Shown piece after piece: positions 60,285 to 64,000 of a stretch of 64,000 nucleotides of DNA (within the stretch, counting starts at the first letter, position 1; each line of letters starts with the position of its first letter). A model generated the notes under the pieces. That model was not told where the DNA came from, searched no databases, and saw only the letters and a list, made by a program, of their open reading frames with translations. The stretch is from contig NC_083276.1 of assembly GCF_963506605.1 (NCBI RefSeq), forward strand, positions 1,302,001 to 1,366,000. The letters run 5' to 3'. Both the position numbers and the translations under genes were made by a program. This stretch comes from Zootoca vivipara. Taxonomy: Eukaryota.

Positions 60285-62019
60285 TGTGGAATGGAATCAA
60301 ATGGTATTTGCCCCTTTTCATTTCCTGCTCACCCAGTTTGGAGAGACCCTTTTGGAGCTCTTTGCGACCCCTTTCAGCTTTTTTAACCACCCTGAACAAT
60401 CTGCCAACTCAACCCCCTCACCCTGCCCCCCCCCCAAACTCCAGATCATTTGGGAACAAGTTGAAAGACCCTTGCAGGAGGAAATAGCTTCACATCCTGC
60501 CCCCTGGCTCCTATCCAAGCACCTACTTTGGCCTTGGCAGAAAGGTTTTCAGAAGAGGCCAAACCTTCGCTCCATGCTGGGGATTCTTCTGGCAGCCCTG
60601 CGAAGCCGCTGTGGGCAGAGGCCCCTCCTGCCTCCCTCCTTCCAAGTTGCTTCTTCTAATCCCCACCTTCCTCCTCCTGTGCTTTGGTCTCTTGGCATCA
60701 GACAGGACTGTCTGTTGCAAATGAGACTTAAGTTGGTTCCTCATTCTTGATTTGTGGCCTCTCTAACTCCTTGTTCAATTCAGTGATCCAAGTAGCTTTG
60801 GACAAATAACGTTTGACAGTCCAGCCAAAAAAACAAACACCAAAATACCCCATATGCCTCCAGTTCTGGCAACCCTAGGAAGATTCCCATGCATAATCAT
60901 TTTTGACAGTTGCCATTTTTGATGGGCCTGGGTAAAAAAAGGTACCTAGTTGTGCTATGATGGAGTTAACGTCCCTGACCAGAGGTCCTGGCAAATGATT
61001 TATGCTATTCTTGGACTGGAGAAGGAGGAGGCAGGTTATCCAGGTAGAAGGCAGGTTATCGAAAACTGCCTGCTAACTGGCCCTTTTCTGTTGCTTCCCA
61101 GGCTCTGAGGGGCAAAGTCCTCGCTGCTTGCTGGGGGTTCTCTTGGCAACGCTACCCTTCTGAGGAAAAGAGCCCTTTCCCAGGACTCCTCCCCCTCAAA
61201 GTTGTTAATTCTCCTTGTCTTCTCCCTCCCTCCCTCCCACTGGCTTCCATCCATGCTAGTCAGGCAGTCCCAGTGCAAAAAGGCTTCCCTGCAGCTTCAT
61301 CCCTTCGTTCCTTGGAGAGCAGGCGGGTTCTTCTACAGGACGCTCACTTGCCTCATCTGAAGGTAGGTTCCAGGTGGCCCCTCCGTAAGTGCCCCTTTGC
61401 TTGGCGGCAGTTGTTTGAGGAGGCTGGTGTGATCTGCTTGAACTTGGGGTCCTCGGGCTTGGCTGCTAGTTTGCTTTTAAATACAACCCTGCTTTCTGCA
61501 AGGAGGTAGCTGTGCAGATCCAAGGTCTGACCTGTGCAGCAAGGCAGCAGCACAGGGGGCTGGGGGAAGTGGGGTGCTGGTTTGATGACCCGGAGTTTCC
61601 CTTGACACCAGTATGAAAACCCTTCTCTTCCAGGCACTCATGAGGTGAGTTGCTGTTGGCCTCCGTTTCCCATCTGTGAAATGGAGTGAACAGTGGGACT
61701 ATGGCCTAGTAAGGCTTTGTGCGCTGTCCAGCATTTTGGTCCATGGACCCCGCCAGTGGTGTGTAAGCTTCATCCAGGGGGTCTGTAAAAATGCAGTTTT
61801 TGCTTTTAGCACTGGCTGGTACGTTACAATTGCTACAACAGGTAGAAAAATCACACGTGGTCCGCCAAGACCATCAAGTGCTTCTCAAGTGGTCTGGGGG
61901 GGGGGAGGAGAGAAATGTTTGGGAACCGTAGAATTTCAGAGTTGAAAGGGACTCTGGGGGAATATGCAACCTGTGACCTTGGCATTATCAGTACCATGCT
62001 CTAACCAAGTTTGTAAAAT

Positions 62020-62342
62020 AATGCATAGTGTGGAACTTGCTGCCGCAGGAGGCAGTAATTGCCACCAACTTGGAAGGCTTTAAAAGAGGATTAGCCAAAT
62101 CCATGGAGGAGGAGAGGGCTATTGACGGCTACTAGCCAGGATGGCTATGCTGTGCCTCCACCGTTGGAGCAGCCATGGTTCTGACTACCAGTTGCTGGAA
62201 GCCACAGGAAAGGAGAGTTCTCTTGTGCTTGAATCCTGTTTGTGGGCTTCCAGCAGTCATCCGGTCGGCCCCTGTGAGAACAAGTTGCTGAACTAGATGG
62301 GGTTTGGTCCTCCTCCAGCAGGCTCTGCTTATGTTCTTATGC
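62020..62342 (+). mobile_element. Old CR1-type 3' end
   Basis: TGGAACTTGCTGCC...GGCTTTAAAAGAGGATTAG...GCTCTGCTTATGTTCTTATG, similar to 12320-12570. Confidence 0.6.
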
Positions 62343-63207
62343 TTGATGCTCATTGCTGCACATCAATCTGATGCCAATCGTGGTTGCAGGAGCAAGCGAA
62401 GCTCTTGTTTTTCTGTGCAGTTGGCAACTCCAAAGAATGCAGTAAAAAGGCAGCGTCAGGAAGCTGTGCCTAAAAGATGGAGGGAGTTTCTAGGAGACAC
62501 ACAGTGGCATGTCAGCCAGGCCAAAAGGAAAAGCCCTGCCTAGGAAGCAAGAGATGCCGCCGGGGGGCGGGTGGGTTGGTGGATCAGAGCAGGTGGGAGA
62601 ATTTAAGGGATGCAGAGCGGGTTATCCAAGGGGATGTCTAGAAACCACTCCAAGTGCCCTTGTCTGGCTGAAGGGTGTGTGTGTGTGTGTGTAGAAAAAT
62701 TAGTCTGGAGGCTGAGAGAGGAAAGGGAAGCTCCCAGGTGAGACAAGAGAGCTTTTTATTTCTTCTCTCTTTTTGTTGAAAATTTTTTCATTTTTATTTA
62801 GATTAATCTGTATTTATTGTATTCTCTGCTGAAAAGTATTTAGATTAATCTGTTTTTATTGTATTCTATGCTGAAAAGTTCCATTGAAAATAAATATATA
62901 TACACACCCACACCCCACATGAAGACTATGAGTTAAGAGATGATAAGGAGCTACCACTCAGTAGGTCATGCCATGTGTCCATTGATCCCAGGGTGGTCTA
63001 ACGGGATTTCCGGAGGTTCTTCCCTTAAGTCTGTACCTCTTTGTCCTGTCTTCAATTTGGTCCTGTGGTAGGTGTTCCCACTCGTAGTTTTTGCCTCAGA
63101 GCCCTGAAGCCCCATGTTTCCCTATTTATTCTTCCTCTAATCAAATGTCTCCACCTTCAGCTCTGCCCACCTGTGGCAGAGAGTTAGAAAACCAGATTAG
63201 GCAATCC

Positions 63208-63862
63208 TTTGATTATTGTAACTCGCTTTACGCGGGGCTGCCCTTGAAACTGACCCAGAAACTCCAGTGGGTGCAGAATGCCACAGCGAGGCTCCTTACG
63301 GGGTCCCAGCTGCGGGATCACATTCATCCAGTGCTTTACCAGCTGCACTGGCTCCCGGTGGAGTACAGGGTCAGGTTTAAGGTGCTGGTTTTGACCTTTA
63401 AAGCCCTATGCGGCTTGGGACCCTTGTACCTACAGGACCGCCTCTCCTGGTGTGCCCCGCGGAGGCCCTTAAGGTCCACAAATAACAATATTTTGGAGAT
63501 CCTGAGCTATAAGGTGGCTAGATTGGCCTCAACTAGGGCCAGGGCCTTTTCAGGATTGGCCCTGAGTTGGTGGAACACTCTCTCACAGGAGACCAGGGCC
63601 CTGTGGGATTTGACATCTTTCCGCAGGGCCTGCAAGACGGAGCTGTTCCGGCTGGCCTTTGGGTTTTGATTTGGGCCATTTTAAAATGAGGCTGCTTTTT
63701 AAAACAATTTTTAAATATAAATTGTATTTTAATCTGCATTTTAATCAATTCTTTTTCTTTTTTTACGTTTTATTGTAAATTTATTGATGTCAGCCGCCCT
63801 GAGCCCGGCTCTCACTGGGGAGGGCGGGGTATACGTAAAAATTTATTATTATTATTATATTA
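63208..63862 (+). mobile_element. L2 LINE 3' fragment, distinct subfamily
   Basis: DYCNSLYAGLPLKLTQKLQWVQNATARLL...LHWLPVEYRVRFKVLVLTFKAL; GGGCGGGGTATA plus (ATT)n end. Confidence 0.88.
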
Positions 63863-64000
63863 TACAAAAGGAACCGTGACCCTTCCAATGTGTATCATTT
63901 AATACTTATTACAATAAAAAGAAATGAGCAGGAACGCAATGTTTTACTTGTATGTTGTTTGATTTTTATATGAACACTAAACAGGGGAAAGTAAAGTAAA

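Noticed and set aside
60214-60750. 178-aa ORF
   Set aside because: It runs through a SINE tail and a decayed antisense CR1 fragment, with no coding signature.
58900-62760. Possible 5' exons of RGS3 (expected next by human synteny), with splice-like sites at 59111 and 61101-61362 and an X-box-like GTTCTCTTGGCAAC at 61137
   Set aside because: There is no recognisable RGS3 protein similarity and no consistent exon chain, so it cannot be supported without RNA data.

Overview
This window is intron-rich vertebrate genomic DNA, not prokaryotic. It is most likely a lacertid-type lizard, inferred from the repeat content: Sauria SINEs, Squam3-like SINEs, young L2 and CR1 LINEs, RTE/BovB and Penelope-like fragments, and hAT MITEs. 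It holds two head-to-head gene pairs joined tail-to-tail: KLHL28(-) with TOGARAM1(+) on one CpG island (~17-19 kb), and POLE3(-) with a C9orf43/DUF4647-like gene(+) on a second CpG island (~47.5-48.7 kb). I reconstructed exon structures by hand from GT-AG sites and frame continuity: KLHL28 571 aa, TOGARAM1 ~1473 aa, POLE3 149 aa; the C9orf43-like model is only partly resolved. The most notable observations are: (1) two gene pairs that lie on different human chromosomes are juxtaposed here; (2) a palindromic double AATAAA between the converging TOGARAM1 and POLE3 3' ends could act as a bidirectional poly(A) element; (3) TOGARAM1 appears to lack the N-terminal TOG1 domain and has an overlapping uORF and extra in-frame cassette exons; (4) RFX X-boxes occur at both promoters; (5) a Penelope-like inverted repeat carries a hammerhead-ribozyme core; (6) hAT MITEs carry ZNF143-type motifs. 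Homology statements rest on recalled human sequences, not on database searches.
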